The notes under the pieces were generated by a model that saw only the letters and a list, made by a program, of their open reading frames with translations, ran no database searches and was not told where the DNA came from. A DNA stretch of 64,000 nt from Syntrophorhabdaceae bacterium (lineage in GTDB: Bacteria > Desulfobacterota > Syntrophorhabdia > Syntrophorhabdales > Syntrophorhabdaceae), in NCBI GenBank assembly GCA_963666485.2, contig CAXXUO010000003.1, positions 32,001-96,000 of the forward strand, read 5' to 3'. Of the stretch, positions 10,572 to 24,107 are shown piece after piece. Made by a program: the position numbers and the translations under genes. Numbering within the stretch: position 1 is the first letter of the stretch; each line of letters opens with the position of its first letter.

Positions 10572-11729
10572 ACCGGCGCCGTTTTATGGGCTTGCTGGCC
10601 GGCGTCGGCGCGGTCGTGGCCGTGTGTCCGGGGCGGGTGTGGGGCGGCCAAGTCGGCCCACGAACTGGCCGGCCAGGCCCTGGACCGGTTTGCAGGGCCG
10701 GCCGCCTGGACGAGGCCCTGGAGATCCTGGCCGAGGCCAGGCGCCTCGATCCCCGCGATGACCGCGTCCGGGCCCTGCTTGGTCGGGCGTACTTCCAGAA
10801 GGGCGATCCGGTGCGGGCGCTGGAGGAATTCCGCCTGGCGGTGCGGTTCAATCCCGAGGACACCCAGTCCCGGATCATGGTCGAGACCATCAGCCAGTTT
10901 CCCCTGCCGGCCGGCGGGAAGCAGGCCCGGCAACGCCCTCCGGGACGGCCTTCGGTCCTGGAACGCGAGGCCGGGGCCGAACGCGAACGGCTGCTGGCCG
11001 GCAGCGCGGCGCCCCGGCCGGCCGGCCCCTTCCGGTTGCTCCTCGATCCCGGCCACGGCGGTTCGGATTCCGGCGCGGCCGGTCCGGGACTGCGGGAAGC
11101 CGACGTGACCCTGGACGTGTCCCTGCGCCTGGCGCGGCTGCTGGCCGGTACGGCGCGGGAACGGCTGGACGTGTCCCTGACCCGGGTGGCCGACGCCGGA
11201 CTGCCGGGGTGGGCCCGGGCCGGTCTGGCCGCCTGGTATGGCGCGGATCTGCTGCTCTCCCTGCATGCCACGCGTCTGGCCGATCCCGGCGTGTCCGGCA
11301 TTGCGGTGCTGGCGGCTGGCCGGGAGGCCTCCAATCCGGTGGCCGCGGCCGTGGCCCGGGTGGAAAACGCCGCCCACGGCCCGCTGCCGCCGGCCGGGCC
11401 GGGAGCGGAACAGGCGTTCTTCACCCGGGCGGTGCACCAGGCGGCGGCCACGGGACTGTTGCGTCGGGGGGGGGAGCTGGCCGGGAGCCTGGCCAAGGCG
11501 CTGTCCGGGGCAGGGGCGCCCCTGGCCGTGCGGACCGTGGGCGTGGCGCCCCTGCGGCTGCTGGCCGAGGCCGATGCCCCGGCCGTGCTGGTGGAGACGG
11601 GGGTTTCTCTCCAACCCGGGCGACGCGGCGATCCTGGGCGGGGCCGAGGCCCGCCAGGCCCTGGCGGCCGCCCTGGCCAAGGCCGTGCTGGCCGCCATCG
11701 GGCCCGGGACGGACCGGGCGGCCCCATGA
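10568..11729 (+). CDS. Tat-exported TPR + N-acetylmuramoyl-L-alanine amidase (Amidase_3); frameshift near 11605
   Basis: VNRRRFMGLLAG twin-arginine signal, TPR region, LLDPGHGG.D.G...E, LSLHA, VLVETGFLSN. Confidence 0.85.
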
Positions 11730-11763
11730 AAAACGCCCCGACGGCCGGACCGGCGGGGCGCTT
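11729..11763. terminator. Probable bidirectional terminator between the amidase and tatA
   Basis: AAAAA-CGCCCCG...CGGGGCG hairpin between convergent genes. Confidence 0.55.
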
Positions 11764-11783
11764 GAACAGCAGGCTTGCGGGGA

Positions 11784-11978
11784 CTATTTCTTGTCCGGGG
11801 ACTCGTCCTTGGTCTTGCCGGGCGTGACGTCGATCTCGTCGGGCTCGTTGGTGGCCTTCTTGAAGTTCTTGATGGCCTTGCCCATGCCGGCACCGATCTC
11901 GGGAAGCTTGTTGGCTCCGAAAATGATGAGCACGATGACCAAGATAATGATAAGCTCCGGAAAACCGATTCCAAACAT
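11784..11978 (-). CDS. tatA: Twin-arginine translocase TatA/E
   Basis: [48 protein letters not shown]. Confidence 0.95.
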   Translation of the reverse strand: MFGIGFPELIIILVIVLIIFGANKLPEIGAGMGKAIKNFKKATNEPDEIDVTPGKTKDESPDKK

Positions 11979-12065
11979 GTCATGCCTCCACGGATGGGTT
12001 GGTCGAGGCTATACACGCCGTCTGGGGGCAGGTCAAGGAAGGGAGGCCAGGGTGGAAAAAGCGTC

Positions 12066-12432
12066 ATGCCGGCCCGGGTGACGCCCTTGCCGGGGCTGGG
12101 CTGCCGGCATTATCGGCGCGGGCGCTGCCTGATCGAGGAGCACCGCAATCCGGGGCTGGCCGCGTCCAACCGTTGCCTGGTGCTCGAACGGCTCGGCCGG
12201 GCGTTTGATGATTTCCTGCTGCGGGCCGAGAACCTGTCCCTGACCGAGGGACCGGGCGGCCAGGCTCTGGGAGGCCCGGCTCCAGGCCACCCTGGCCAGG
12301 GAGGGGGATTGTCGGGATTACCTCCCTGGTGATACCCAGTCCTTTCCGGATTGCCGCCATGCCGACGGCGATCTGTGCCTGCTGGCCTTTCCCGCCTGTG
12401 CCGGGCGTTGTGCCCGCTTTGGGCGGCCATAG
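12066..12432 (+). CDS. Cys-containing hypothetical protein (probably frameshifted)
   Basis: MPARVTPLPGLGCRHYRRGRCL.EE..NPG....RC.VL.RL...FDDFL.RAE; 3' end uncertain. Confidence 0.5.
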
Positions 12433-12466
12433 GCCGCATCACCCGAGCCAAGGACGGTTTTTCGCC

Positions 12467-13302
12467 ATGACGAGCACCGTATCCAGCCCTGGGCTGGTCC
12501 ATTTTCCCTCCCTGCATCCGGCCCTGGCTCCGGCCGAGATCCCGGATGCGGTCCGATTCCTCGATCCGGGCCTGGGCGCAGCCGACGATCCGTCCCTGTG
12601 GCGACCGGCCGGGTTGCCCTTGGGGGACGAGGCCTTGGCCGGGTTTTCGCGGGAGTTCGAGCGGCTCAAGGCCGAGGTGAAAAATCCCAAGGACCTGGCC
12701 TTGCTCGCCAACGCGTCCAACGGCCATTTTTTTGCCGCCACCTCCTTTGCCGTGCGCGAGGAACTCGAGGACCAGCTCCATCCCGAGCGCGTGGCCAAGC
12801 GCCGCCGGACCGCCGCCCAGCTCACCCTGTGCCTGGCCTGGATGGTGGAGGAGAGCCTGCTCGAACTGGCGGCTTCGGCCGTGCTCGAAACCCGGTTCCG
12901 TTCCGCCATGGCCGAGAGCCTCGGCCTGGACCAGGACGCGGACGACGCCGAGGACGCGGCCGAACTGGCGGACGTGCTGACCGGGGGTGAGCCTGCCGGC
13001 CGGGGCGGCCCCTGGCCGAGGAGTTCGGCGTGCCCTGGCAGCGTCTGCTGTCGCCGCTGTGGGCCGTGGTGCCGGCCGCGGTCGGGCTGTACGTGTCCGA
13101 TATCGCCATTGCCGCCGGTTGGCAGGAGGCCGGGATTGGTCTGGCGCCCCTGGACCAGCTGGGGGCCGACGTCCCGGGCCTGGACAGCGATGCGGTGCTG
13201 GCGGTCCGGGAGACGGGCTGGCGGCTTTTGGGCAAGACCCGGCCCAATTCCGAGGCGCCCTGGCTCGACGTGCCCCGGCTGGTGGTCGTCCCCCGGGCCT
13301 AG
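12467..13302 (+). CDS. Hypothetical protein (frameshift near 13000)
   Basis: MTSTVSSPGLVHFP..., continues as LAEEFGVPWQRLL...RLVVVPRA*. Confidence 0.6.
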
Positions 13303-13312
13303 GAGGCATGCT

Positions 13313-13987
13313 TTGTACGTGTGCAGCCCGCTTTCTCCGCCCCGGTTCGCGCGCCGGGTGCGGGGCATCATTTTCGACTGCGACGGCGTGCTCGTGGACT
13401 CGCGGGACTCCAACCGCATGTTCTACAACCTCATCCGCGGCAAGCTGGGCCTGCCCCCCATCTCGGCCGAGGACGAGGAGTACGTGCACGCCCATTCCGT
13501 GTGCGAATGCCTGGCCCGCATCATCCCGGCCGGGCGGATGGACGAGGCCGAGGCGGCCCGGCGCGAACTCGACTACGGCGAGATCTTCCCGTCCATCTTC
13601 CTGGAGGACGGGCTGGTGACCCTGCTCGAATTCCTCACCCGGCGCGGCATCCGCATGGCCGTCAACACCAACCGCACCACCACCACCGAGCGCCTGCTGG
13701 CCCATTTCGGCATCCTGCGTTTTTTCATGCCCGTGATCAGCGCCGGGGGGCTGTCCCATCCCAAGCCCAATCCCGAGGGCGTGCACCGCATCCTGGCCAC
13801 CTGGGGCATGCCGCGCGAAGATGTGGCCTACATCGGCGACTCGGCCCTGGACGAGCGCACGGCCCGGGCGGCCGACGTCCAGTTCTGGGCCTACAAGAAC
13901 CCCAAGCTCATGGCCCACATGCATGTCCAGGATTTCGACAGCCTGCGCGCCTGTCTGGCCCGGGCCCTGCCCGGGGAGGGGCTGTAG
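13313..13987 (+). CDS. HAD family hydrolase (phosphoglycolate phosphatase-like)
   Basis: IIFDCDGVLVDS, NTNR, KPNPEG, YIGDS..D. Confidence 0.9.
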   Translation: MYVCSPLSPPRFARRVRGIIFDCDGVLVDSRDSNRMFYNLIRGKLGLPPISAEDEEYVHAHSVCECLARIIPAGRMDEAEAARRELDYGEIFPSIFLEDGLVTLLEFLTRRGIRMAVNTNRTTTTERLLAHFGILRFFMPVISAGGLSHPKPNPEGVHRILATWGMPREDVAYIGDSALDERTARAADVQFWAYKNPKLMAHMHVQDFDSLRACLARALPGEGL

Positions 13988-14094
13988 CCGGAAGGAGGCC
14001 GCGTTCGGAAATTTCTTGATTAATGCCAGGCGCTGTGCCAGTTTTCGGCTAAGGCGCGTTGGCGTCTCATGGTTTGGTGGTGAAAGGGAGTGCT

Positions 14095-14400
14095 ATGGAA
14101 ATCATTGGAAATTTTTTTACCGCGGTGGCCTTTTTGGTCAACACGGTCCTCAAACTCTATTTTTGGGTGATCATCATCGCGGCCTTGCTGACCTGGGTCA
14201 GGCCCGATCCGTATAATCCCATCGTCCGGTTTCTGCGCGCCGCGACCGAGCCGGTTTTTTACCGGGTACGCCGGCTGCTGCCGTTCCTCGTCATCGGCGG
14301 GATCGATCTCGCGCCCATCGTGGTCCTTTTGGCCGTCGAATTCCTGCGTATGTTCCTGGTGCCGACCCTGTACGGTTTCGGCGCTCCCATACGCATGTAG
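14095..14400 (+). CDS. yggT: YggT family membrane protein
   Basis: LLTWV.PDPYNPIVRFL..ATEPV...RR.LP.L.IGGIDLAPIV. Confidence 0.92.
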   Translation: MEIIGNFFTAVAFLVNTVLKLYFWVIIIAALLTWVRPDPYNPIVRFLRAATEPVFYRVRRLLPFLVIGGIDLAPIVVLLAVEFLRMFLVPTLYGFGAPIRM

Positions 14401-14498
14401 GGCCGAGCCTTGAGGACGGAGTGCGTCATGGGCGGATCGGAAATGGTGCGAACGGAACAGTCGCGTGACGCGGCGTTCCCAGGCCAGGCGCGATAGCC

Positions 14499-15105
14499 GT
14501 GACCCTCGACAAGATCGACCTGATCGACCGGAAATTCGCCAAAAGCCTGCTCGGCTACAGCCGCAGCGATGTGGACCGCCTGGTGGCCGAGGCGGCCGAG
14601 TCCATCGGCCGTCTGGCCGAGGAAAAGATGGCGTTGGCCCGGACCGTCGAGGAATTGCGCCGGGAAGTGGCCGGGTACCAGTCCCGGGAAACGACCCTGC
14701 GCGACACGATGCTCACCACCCAGACCATTGTCGAGGACGTCAAGGCCAAGGCCAAGCGCCAGGCCGAGGCCCTGCTCGACGAGGCCAGGGACCGGGCCGC
14801 CGCCCTGATCCGGGAGGCCGAGGACCGGGCGGGGCGCGTTGCGGGCCGAGATCGACGCCCTCACCCAGCGCAAGACCGCCCTGACGGCCCGGTTTCGCGA
14901 CCTGCTCCTGGCCACCCTGGACATCCTGGATGGCGATGCGGCCGCGGACGGCCCGGCCCTGGCCCCCTGGACGGCCCCGGCCCAAGGCCGCCTGGCGGCA
15001 GCGGACGAACCCGGGGAGACCGACGACCCGCCGGCGGCGAGCCGGGACCCCGACCCCGACCCGGAAGACAGCCGGGAAGCCCTGGTCGGGGAGGCGCGGC
15101 CGTGA
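14499..15105 (+). CDS. DivIVA domain protein (frameshift near 14840)
   Basis: LDKIDL.DRKFAKSLLGYS..DVD followed by coiled coil. Confidence 0.85.
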
Positions 15106-15407
15106 ACCGGCCGGTGTTCGCCGCCATGGCCGGCCCCGGGGCCTGGACGCTGCGGGTGGTGGTCACCCCCGGGGGATCGAAGGATGTTCTGGCCGGACTG
15201 GCCGCGGACCGGTTGCGGATCAGGCTGCGGGCCAAGGCCTTGGAAGGCGCGGCCAACGCGGCGTTGACGGTATTTCTGGCCGGCGTGCTGGGGCTGCGGC
15301 CCCGGCAGGTGGCCATCGTTTCCGGGGAGCGGTCCCGGAAAAAGACCATCCGCATCGAAACGGAGTCCGAACCTGACTGGTCCGCCGTGGCCGGAACGGG
15401 AATGTGA
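15102..15407 (+). CDS. DUF167/YggU family protein
   Basis: LRVVVTPG...D...G.....LRIRL.A...EGAAN.AL..FLA......V.IVSGE.SR.K. Confidence 0.88.
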   Translation: MNRPVFAAMAGPGAWTLRVVVTPGGSKDVLAGLAADRLRIRLRAKALEGAANAALTVFLAGVLGLRPRQVAIVSGERSRKKTIRIETESEPDWSAVAGTGM

Positions 15408-15435
15408 CGAGAACCGCCAACAAGGAGCCTTTGCC

Positions 15436-15669
15436 ATGGAACAACGCGATCTGGATCTCATTGCCAAGTACGGTGAGGCGGACCCGGAACTCAAAAGTCT
15501 TTATGAGGAGCACGTCGCGTTCGAGAAGATCCTGGAGAAGATGGAAGGAAAACCCTTCCGTACTCCCTCGGAAGAAACGGAACTCAGGGAAATCAAGAAA
15601 AAGAAGCTGGCCGGCAAGACCCGCATCGAGACGTTGCTGATGAAATACCGCAAGGCGGAGGAAAAATAG
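15436..15669 (+). CDS. DUF465 domain protein
   Basis: L..LYEEH...E..L......[21 protein letters not shown]. Confidence 0.8.
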   Translation: MEQRDLDLIAKYGEADPELKSLYEEHVAFEKILEKMEGKPFRTPSEETELREIKKKKLAGKTRIETLLMKYRKAEEK

Positions 15670-15670
15670 C

Positions 15671-17363
15671 ATGGAACTTACCGGGGCCCAGATCCTCCTG
15701 GAATCCCTGCGCCGTGAAGGCGTGGAAGTCGTGTTCGGCTTTCCGGGAGGAGCGGTCATCGACATCTACGATCAGTTGCCGAGCTACCCCCTGCGCCATA
15801 TCCTGGCACGCCACGAGCAGGGTGCCATCCATGCCGCGGACGGGTATGCCCGGGCCACGGGCAAGGTCGGCGTATGCCTGGTAACCTCGGGCCCCGGAGC
15901 CACCAATGCCGTGACCGGCATCGCCACCGCGTACATGGATTCCGTGCCGGTCGTCATCATCACCGGGCAGGTCCCGACCCCCCTGATCGGCAACGACGCC
16001 TTCCAGGAAGTGGACATCGTGGGCATCACCCGTTCCTGCACCAAGCACAATTATCTGGTCAAGGACGTGCGGGACCTGGCCCGGGTCATCAAGGAAGCCT
16101 TCTATCTGGCCGCCACGGGGCGGCCCGGGCCGGTGCTCATCGACCTGCCCAAGGACGTGCAGAAGGCCGTCGCGGAGTACCACTACCCGGAAACCATCAA
16201 GATGCGCAGCTACAACCCCACCTACACGCCCAACCCCAAGCAGGTGGCCAAGGTGGCGGAGGTGGTCAAACGGGCCAAAAAACCCATCATCTACGCCGGC
16301 GGCGGGGTCATCGCCTCGGGCGCCAGCGAGGAACTCACCTGGCTGGCACGGTCGCTGCGCATCCCGGTCACGGCCACGCTCATGGCCCTTGGGCTGCTTC
16401 CCGGCCGACGATCCGCTGTGGGTGGGCATGCTCGGCATGCACGGCACGTTCGCCGCCAACATGGCCGTGAGCCAGGCCGACCTGATCCTGGCCATCGGCA
16501 GCCGCTTCGACGACCGGGTCACGGGCAAGATCAGCGAGTTCGCGAAAAACGCCAAGATCGTGCACATCGACATCGATCCGACCTCGATCCAGAAGAACGT
16601 GCCCGTGCACATCCCGGTGGTGGCCGACTGCCAGAGCTTCCTTACCGCCCTGCGCCAGATCCTGGAGCCGACCCTGGATGCGGCGGCCGCGGCCACGCTC
16701 CGTGCCCCCTGGATCGAACGCATCGCCAACTGGAACAGGGAAACCCCCCTGACCTATGCGGCGGACGCGGAAAAGATCAAACCCCAGTACGTGGTGGAGG
16801 TCATCTCCAGGCTCACCCAGGGCGAGGCCATCATCACCACCGAGGTGGGCCAGCACCAGATGTGGGCGGCCCAGTTCTACACCTTCCGCAAGCCGCGTTC
16901 CTTCATCAGTTCCGGGGGCCTGGGCACCATGGGCTTCGGGTTTCCGGCCGCCATCGGCGCCCAGATGGCCTTTCCCGACCGGCTGGTCATCGACATCGCC
17001 GGGGACGGCTCCATCCAGATGTGCATCCAGGAGCTGGCCACGGCCGTGTGCTACGACCTGCCGGTCAAGATCGTGATCTTGAACAACGGCTACCTTGGCA
17101 TGGTCCGGCAGTGGCAGGAACTGTTCTATGCCAAGAATTACTGTGCGACCTGCCTCGACGTGGCTCCGGATTTCGTGAAGCTGGCCGAGGCCTACGGCGC
17201 CGTCGGCTACCGGGTTACCGACCCGGCCAAGGTGGAATCCGTGCTGGCCGAGGCCTTTGCCCTGCGAAAGACCGTCATCGTGGACGTGGTGGTGGACCGC
17301 GAGGAAAACGTCGCGCCCATGGTTCCGGCCGGCAAATCCTTAACCGAGATGATTCTCGTGTAG
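15671..17363 (+). CDS. ilvB: Acetolactate synthase large subunit (frameshift near 16390)
   Basis: [58 protein letters not shown]. Confidence 0.96.
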
Positions 17364-17373
17364 GAGCCGCCCC

Positions 17374-18970
<1,597 letters not shown>

Positions 18971-19022
18971 TCCTGTCACGGCGGCCGCGTCCATTTTGGC
19001 GCGGCCGCCTGGGAGAACCGCC

Positions 19023-19562
19023 ATGGCCGCATTCGTTCGGATACGCGCGCCGCCTGTCTTGGCCCGATCCTGCTGTTGTTGCTCACGCTTCTGCCTGTTC
19101 GCGCTGATGGTCGCGACGATCTGTGCCCCCGGACCGGTCGGGGAGGCCTCAGGGCCCAGTCCATGACCTTCGATACCTGGCTGCCCTTGGCCGAGGCCGG
19201 CGATCCCGAGGCCCAATGCCAGATCGGTGTGGCCTACCTTAACGGCAACCAGATCGCCCAGGATTTTCAAAAAGGCCTGGCTTGGCTCATGCGTTCCGCC
19301 GATGCCGGTTATGGCTACGCCCGCTTCGTGCTGGCCGACGTCTACAGCCGTGGCTATGCCGGCGTGCCGGTCAACGACGAAAAGGCGTACTACTATGCCT
19401 CGTTGGCCGTGGGCTTCCGCGACCATGCTCGAAAAGTACCGGGATCGGGCCGTCAAGATCCGCGATGCCAGCGCCAAGCATCTTACCCAGGCCCAGATCA
19501 ACCGCCTCCAGGCCATGACCACCCAGGCGCCCCGGGATGCCGTCGGCCGGTTCCTGAGGTGA
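19023..19562 (+). CDS. Sel1-like repeat protein (frameshifted)
   Basis: WLPLAEAGDPEAQCQIG..Y.NG....QD..K...W...SA..G...A.F.L...Y..G..GV......AY. Confidence 0.75.
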
Positions 19563-19566
19563 GCGC

Positions 19567-20162
19567 ATGGTCATGACCCGGCTTCGTGTTCCCGGCTGGA
19601 TCCGGCTGGGGGCCCGGTGCTCGGAGCTCATGGTGCTGTGGACCCTGTCCTGGTTGCGGCGGGGCGTGGCCCAGGCCGTCAAGGCCGACACCCGGTCCTT
19701 CAACAGCTATTTCGCCGGACAAAGCGGCAAGATCTACGACCATCTGCTCAAGGTCACGGATTATTACGCCACCCTGGTCAAGGAGGGCAACGCCGACCGC
19801 GTCAAGGACGTGCTGGCCTTGCGGGCTTCGTTGTCAGCCTGTTGGGAGCTGTTTCTCAATGCCGGGGACATGGTCTATGTCTATGACCTGCTCGATCCGG
19901 CCTGCGCCGAGACCGTGAGGCCAGGTCGGCGGACTTGCTGCAAAACGGCCTGGGCGTCATCGCCGGCAAACTGGACAAGGAATTGCAGTGGATGCGGCTG
20001 GTGGAAAAAAACGTGGCCGATCTGCCGGTGTCTGTGGAACTATCCCAGGCGGCCAGGGACATCGAGGCGGCGGCGGCCTATTTCCGCAAGGCGGCCATGC
20101 TGTTCGCCCCGGCCGCGGCACCGGGCGGCGAGACGCGGCAGCCGGTTAGGAAGACGCCATGA
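19567..20162 (+). CDS. Hypothetical exported protein (frameshift near 19920)
   Basis: Coding-like frames AVKADTRSFNSYF...CAET and LLQNGLGVIA...FRKAAMLF. Confidence 0.55.
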
Positions 20163-20419
20163 ACCTGGCCTGGTCCGATCTGGTGGGCTATGCCGCCGGC
20201 ATCATCACCACGGCTTCGTTCGCGCCCCAGGTGGTCAAGACCCTGCGGACCCGCTCGACCAAGGACATTTCCCTGGGCATGTACCTGCTGATGACGTTTG
20301 GCATCGGGCTTTGGCTGGTGCACGGATTCCAGATCGGCTCCGGGCCGGTCGTGGTCGCCAACGGCGTGACCCTGGTGCTGGTGGGGATCATGCTCTACAT
20401 GAAGCTGCGTTACCGCTGA
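20159..20419 (+). CDS. SemiSWEET/PQ-loop sugar transporter
   Basis: AG..TT.SF.PQV.KT..TRST.DISL.MY.....G..LW...G......P...AN. Confidence 0.93.
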   Translation: MNLAWSDLVGYAAGIITTASFAPQVVKTLRTRSTKDISLGMYLLMTFGIGLWLVHGFQIGSGPVVVANGVTLVLVGIMLYMKLRYR

Positions 20420-20455
20420 CGCGGCGGCGCCCCGGCGGGGGCGCGGGAGGATCGC

Positions 20456-20740
20456 ATGCGCCTGACGTGTCTTGCCGTGCTGTTGGCCCTGGGACTGCTC
20501 GCGGTATCCGGTTGCGCCAGACACACCTACTACGTGGAGCTGACCAACGGCAATTCCTTCTACGTCGACCCGCCGCTCGTCCTCGATAAGCAGTCCGGGA
20601 CCTACCACATGAAGGTCAACGGCCTGCGCAAGGTCATCTCCATCGACGAGGTGCGCTACATCGACGACGCGGCCCCAGATCTGCTACCAGAACGTGTATA
20701 CCGACATCTATACCTGCTACGACGCGCTCTACCAGTTTGA
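20456..20740 (+). CDS. Small lipoprotein (probable frameshift near 20672)
   Basis: Lipobox LAVSG-C, GGAGG RBS; after a one-base shift reads QICYQNVYTDIYTCYDALYQF*. Confidence 0.65.
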   Translation: MRLTCLAVLLALGLLAVSGCARHTYYVELTNGNSFYVDPPLVLDKQSGTYHMKVNGLRKVISIDEVRYIDDAAPDLLPERVYRHLYLLRRALPV

Positions 20741-20745
20741 CGGCC

Positions 20746-21764
20746 ATGCCCGATCCGCACCAGGAGCGGCTGAAAACCGAGGCCTTGCGGCTCCTGTATC
20801 GGCCGTCGCCGCCGCGGAGCGCTGCTGGGCGGCGGTGTTTTCCAACCCAACAGCCTGCCCGGCCTGATCGAGCGACTCGCCGATCCGGCCCGTGCCCCTG
20901 GACGGCCCGGCCCTGGTCAGCCTGTGCCTGCTGTATGCCCATGCCTACGTCCATCCCGAGGCCCTGGGCGATGGTCGTGTCCCTGGAGGACGCGACCGTG
21001 CTCGCCGGACGGTTCGTGTCGCGCCGGCACGGCACGCCGCTGCTGGACGGCCGGGAGGCGTTGCGCCTGTTTTTGCTCCACCACGGCTTTGCCTTGCAGA
21101 TGCTTTTCGATCTGGCCAAGACCGCCCATCTGCTGGCAAGCCTCGCGGCCGCGCCGCCACCGCCCGTCAACCGGCCATTTGTCGGCCTCGACTGCGGCAC
21201 GGGCACGGGGCATCCTGCTCCTGGGCCAGTACCTGCTGGCCCGGCGCGGGGGCTGGCGTTCGTGGGACTTGACCGGGCTCGAACGGGTGCCCCAGGTGGC
21301 GGCCCCGGGCCGACCAGATCCTGTCGCGCCTGGGCGTGGGCCGGGTGGTCCTGGCCGACGCCGCCCGTCCGCAATCCTATCGGGGACTGGGGCGGGGAGG
21401 GCGGTGGACTGCCTGGGCCAACGAGACGTTGCCCTCGGCCGGCCGGCGTCTGTACAAGGAGCCGTTCCCGGTCATCAGCCGGACCCTCTTCGCGGCCCTT
21501 GGCCCGGCGGCCCTGGCCGGGACGCGGTTTCTGCCCGAGGCGGTCTGGGCCTCGGACCGGGAGGGCCAAGGCCTCGTGCGCCTGGCCCCGGAAAACGCCT
21601 TTGCCGGTGACGCCGGACCGGATGCCGGCGGCAAGCCGCTGCATCTGTTGTACATGCGCGATGTGGTTCTGGGCGGACAACGCCTGCCCGTGGAACGGGT
21701 CGGGGAGGGCTATGCCGGACTGGTCGCCGCGCCCTGGCGGGCGGCCCTGGGCCGGCGCTGGTAG
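20746..21764 (+). CDS. Hypothetical protein with a SAM-methyltransferase-like motif (multiple frameshifts)
   Basis: FVGLDCGTGTG glycine motif; NETLP...RRL.KEPF in a downstream frame. Confidence 0.5.
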
Positions 21765-21943
21765 CGCGGGATGGCAGGTTTTCGACGAACGGCGCTGTTG
21801 TCTCGGTGAACGGCCTTTGTGTCGCCGCCCGAACGGTTTATGGATTTTATGCCGCCATTGACCGGAAATTTCTGGCCGGGCCGCCCCGAAATGCGGCATG
21901 GTCCGGCCTAGACGCAGCCAATCCCGAAACCCTGGGGGAATCC

Positions 21944-21994
21944 ATGACAGCCGACAATATCGAAAGCCTCATGCACGAACAGCGTCATTTCGAT
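21944..21994 (+). pseudogene. N-terminus of probable acetyl-CoA synthetase, cut at the junction
   Basis: GGGGGA RBS then MTADNIESLMHEQRHFD, resembling deltaproteobacterial Acs starts; similarity and GC content break immediately afterwards. Confidence 0.5.
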
Positions 21995-22039
21995 ACTTGG
22001 CACCGATATCCAGGGTGTTTCATTTAGACGTGAAACTGC

Positions 22040-22125
22040 CTTTGCCTTTTACTTCTTCCGTTTTGCGTCCTGCATTTCACGATTCCCGTCTTTTAACGTG
22101 GAACGTGGAACGTGGAACCTGAAAC
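22040..22125 (+). repeat. Degenerate heptamer run (TTTTRCG-like, then ACGTGGA x3)
   Basis: ctttgcc ttttact tcttccg ttttgcg tcctgca tttcacg attcccg tctttta acgtgga acgtgga acgtgga. Confidence 0.7.
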
Positions 22126-22221
22126 TGAGTCGGTCGATTTATTTGCTAATTTCGTAAAGTTCATATAAAATAAGGCAGTTTTTACGGGACGTTTCAGTCC
22201 CTTTTTCATGTCGGAGGTCGT

Positions 22222-23523
22222 ATGAAAGTCCAAGTTGAAGCGCTTGACGGCGTAACGAAGAAAGTCGAAGTTCTTATCCCCGAAGAGGTGATCGCCTCGA
22301 TCAGGGAATCAATCTACGATGAAGTCAGGAAAAATGCGAAGATCAAGGGCTTCAGGCCGGGCAAGGTCCCGAAAGCTATTATAACCCAGTATTACAAGGA
22401 ATACATCGAAGAGGAAACGCGCAAGCGGATGCTCCAGGATACCATGTGGGAGGCGCTGAGAGAGGCGAAGGTCGACCCGATCATCGAGCCTGTGGCGGAC
22501 TTCCTCGAGGGCGATAAAGGTTATACCCTTGAATGCGAGATCCTCCCCGAGATCGAGCTTCCCGAATACAAAGGCATCGAGATCGAGGCGGACCCTGTCG
22601 TCGTGACGGATGCCGATGTCGATTCGCGGATCGAGAACATGCGCGCCTTTCATGCGAGCTTCGAGGCGAAAGAGGGTGAGGCGATCGCCGAAAAGGGCGA
22701 TTTCGTCGTTATCAAGTACCAGGGTTACCTCAACGGCGAACCTGTGAAACAGATCGCTGCGGAGAGCTATCCGCTCGAACTCGGCAACGCTATGCTGATG
22801 CCGGAATTCGAGAACTCGGTGATCGGAATGAAGGCCAACGAGGAGAGGGACATCGAGGTGCCGTTCCCGGATGATTATCCCGACAAGGAGATCGCGGGAA
22901 AGAAAATATCCTTCAAGGTCACAGTCAAGGAAATAAAGCGGAAGGTCCTCCCCGAGCTGAATGATGAGTTTGCGCGGGACATGAGCTATGAGAACCTCGA
23001 CGTTATGAAGGTGGGTGCGCGGGAAGAACTGATCAAGGAAAAGGAGGGCTTCCGCAAGCGCGAACTGACGAACCTGGCGATGGAAGCGCTTATCAAAGAC
23101 CGCGACATCCCGGTACCGAAGCGTTTCCTGGACAAGCGCGTGCAGGGCATGATCGAAGAGGCGCAGTCCCGGTATCAGCAGTCGAATTTCTCGGAAGAAG
23201 AGATGAGGTCGATCACGGAGAATATGCACGAGACCTTCGGGAAGAGGGCCGCGGAACGGATAAAGGTCGAGATCATCCTCGCGCGGATCGCGGAGAAGGA
23301 AGGCCTCAAGGTAGAGGACAGCGAAGTCGAAGAGCGCCTGAAAACAATTGCACAGGACGCCAATAAAACATACAATGAAGTTAAGGGCATTTATGAACAG
23401 TACGGTCTCATGGCGGGCGTCAAAGACCAGATACTGGAAGAGAAGGCCGTGGACCTCGTTCTTGAGAATGCCGTGGTAAAAGCACCGGTGAAGGAGAAGG
23501 AAGAGGTCAAGGAGAAGGAATGA
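22222..23523 (+). CDS. tig: Trigger factor
   Basis: [10 protein letters not shown] ribosome-binding motif, FKBP domain (GDFV.I.Y.G, PEFE, FPDDY). Confidence 0.97.
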   Translation: MKVQVEALDGVTKKVEVLIPEEVIASIRESIYDEVRKNAKIKGFRPGKVPKAIITQYYKEYIEEETRKRMLQDTMWEALREAKVDPIIEPVADFLEGDKGYTLECEILPEIELPEYKGIEIEADPVVVTDADVDSRIENMRAFHASFEAKEGEAIAEKGDFVVIKYQGYLNGEPVKQIAAESYPLELGNAMLMPEFENSVIGMKANEERDIEVPFPDDYPDKEIAGKKISFKVTVKEIKRKVLPELNDEFARDMSYENLDVMKVGAREELIKEKEGFRKRELTNLAMEALIKDRDIPVPKRFLDKRVQGMIEEAQSRYQQSNFSEEEMRSITENMHETFGKRAAERIKVEIILARIAEKEGLKVEDSEVEERLKTIAQDANKTYNEVKGIYEQYGLMAGVKDQILEEKAVDLVLENAVVKAPVKEKEEVKEKE

Positions 23524-24104
23524 GTTTAGTACCAATAGTCATTGAAAAAGATGGAAGGGGCGAAAGGGCATATGACATATACTCGCGCCTCCTCAAAGAA
23601 CGCATAGTCTTTCTGGGTACCGGCGTTGACGACATGATCGCCAACATCATCATCGCCCAGCTTCTTTTTCTCGAATCGGAGGACCCGTCAAAAGATATCT
23701 ATCTCTACATCAACAGTCCCGGAGGTATCATAACGAGCGGGCTTGCTATCTATGACACGATGCAATATATTAAGGCGCCGGTCGTAACGACCTGCATCGG
23801 CCAGGCTGCAAGCATGGGCGCGGTACTGTTGGCAGGGGGCGAGAAGGGAAAACGTTTTGCGCTGCCCCATTCACGCATCCTTATCCACCAGCCGTTGGGA
23901 GGAGCCCAGGGACAGGCAAGCGACATTGACATCCAGGCACGAGAGATCTTAAGAATGCGGGAATCTATCAACAGTATCCTTGTCAAGCACACCGGGCAGT
24001 CTCTCGAGAAGGTTGCGAAGGACACGGAACGCGATTACTTCATGGATGCCCAGCAGGCCATCGAATATGGTATTGTTGACCAGATCCTTGAGAAGAGGTT
24101 GTAG
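23520..24104 (+). CDS. clpP: ATP-dependent Clp protease proteolytic subunit
   Basis: [31 protein letters not shown]. Confidence 0.98.
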   Translation: MSLVPIVIEKDGRGERAYDIYSRLLKERIVFLGTGVDDMIANIIIAQLLFLESEDPSKDIYLYINSPGGIITSGLAIYDTMQYIKAPVVTTCIGQAASMGAVLLAGGEKGKRFALPHSRILIHQPLGGAQGQASDIDIQAREILRMRESINSILVKHTGQSLEKVAKDTERDYFMDAQQAIEYGIVDQILEKRL

Positions 24105-24107
24105 AAA

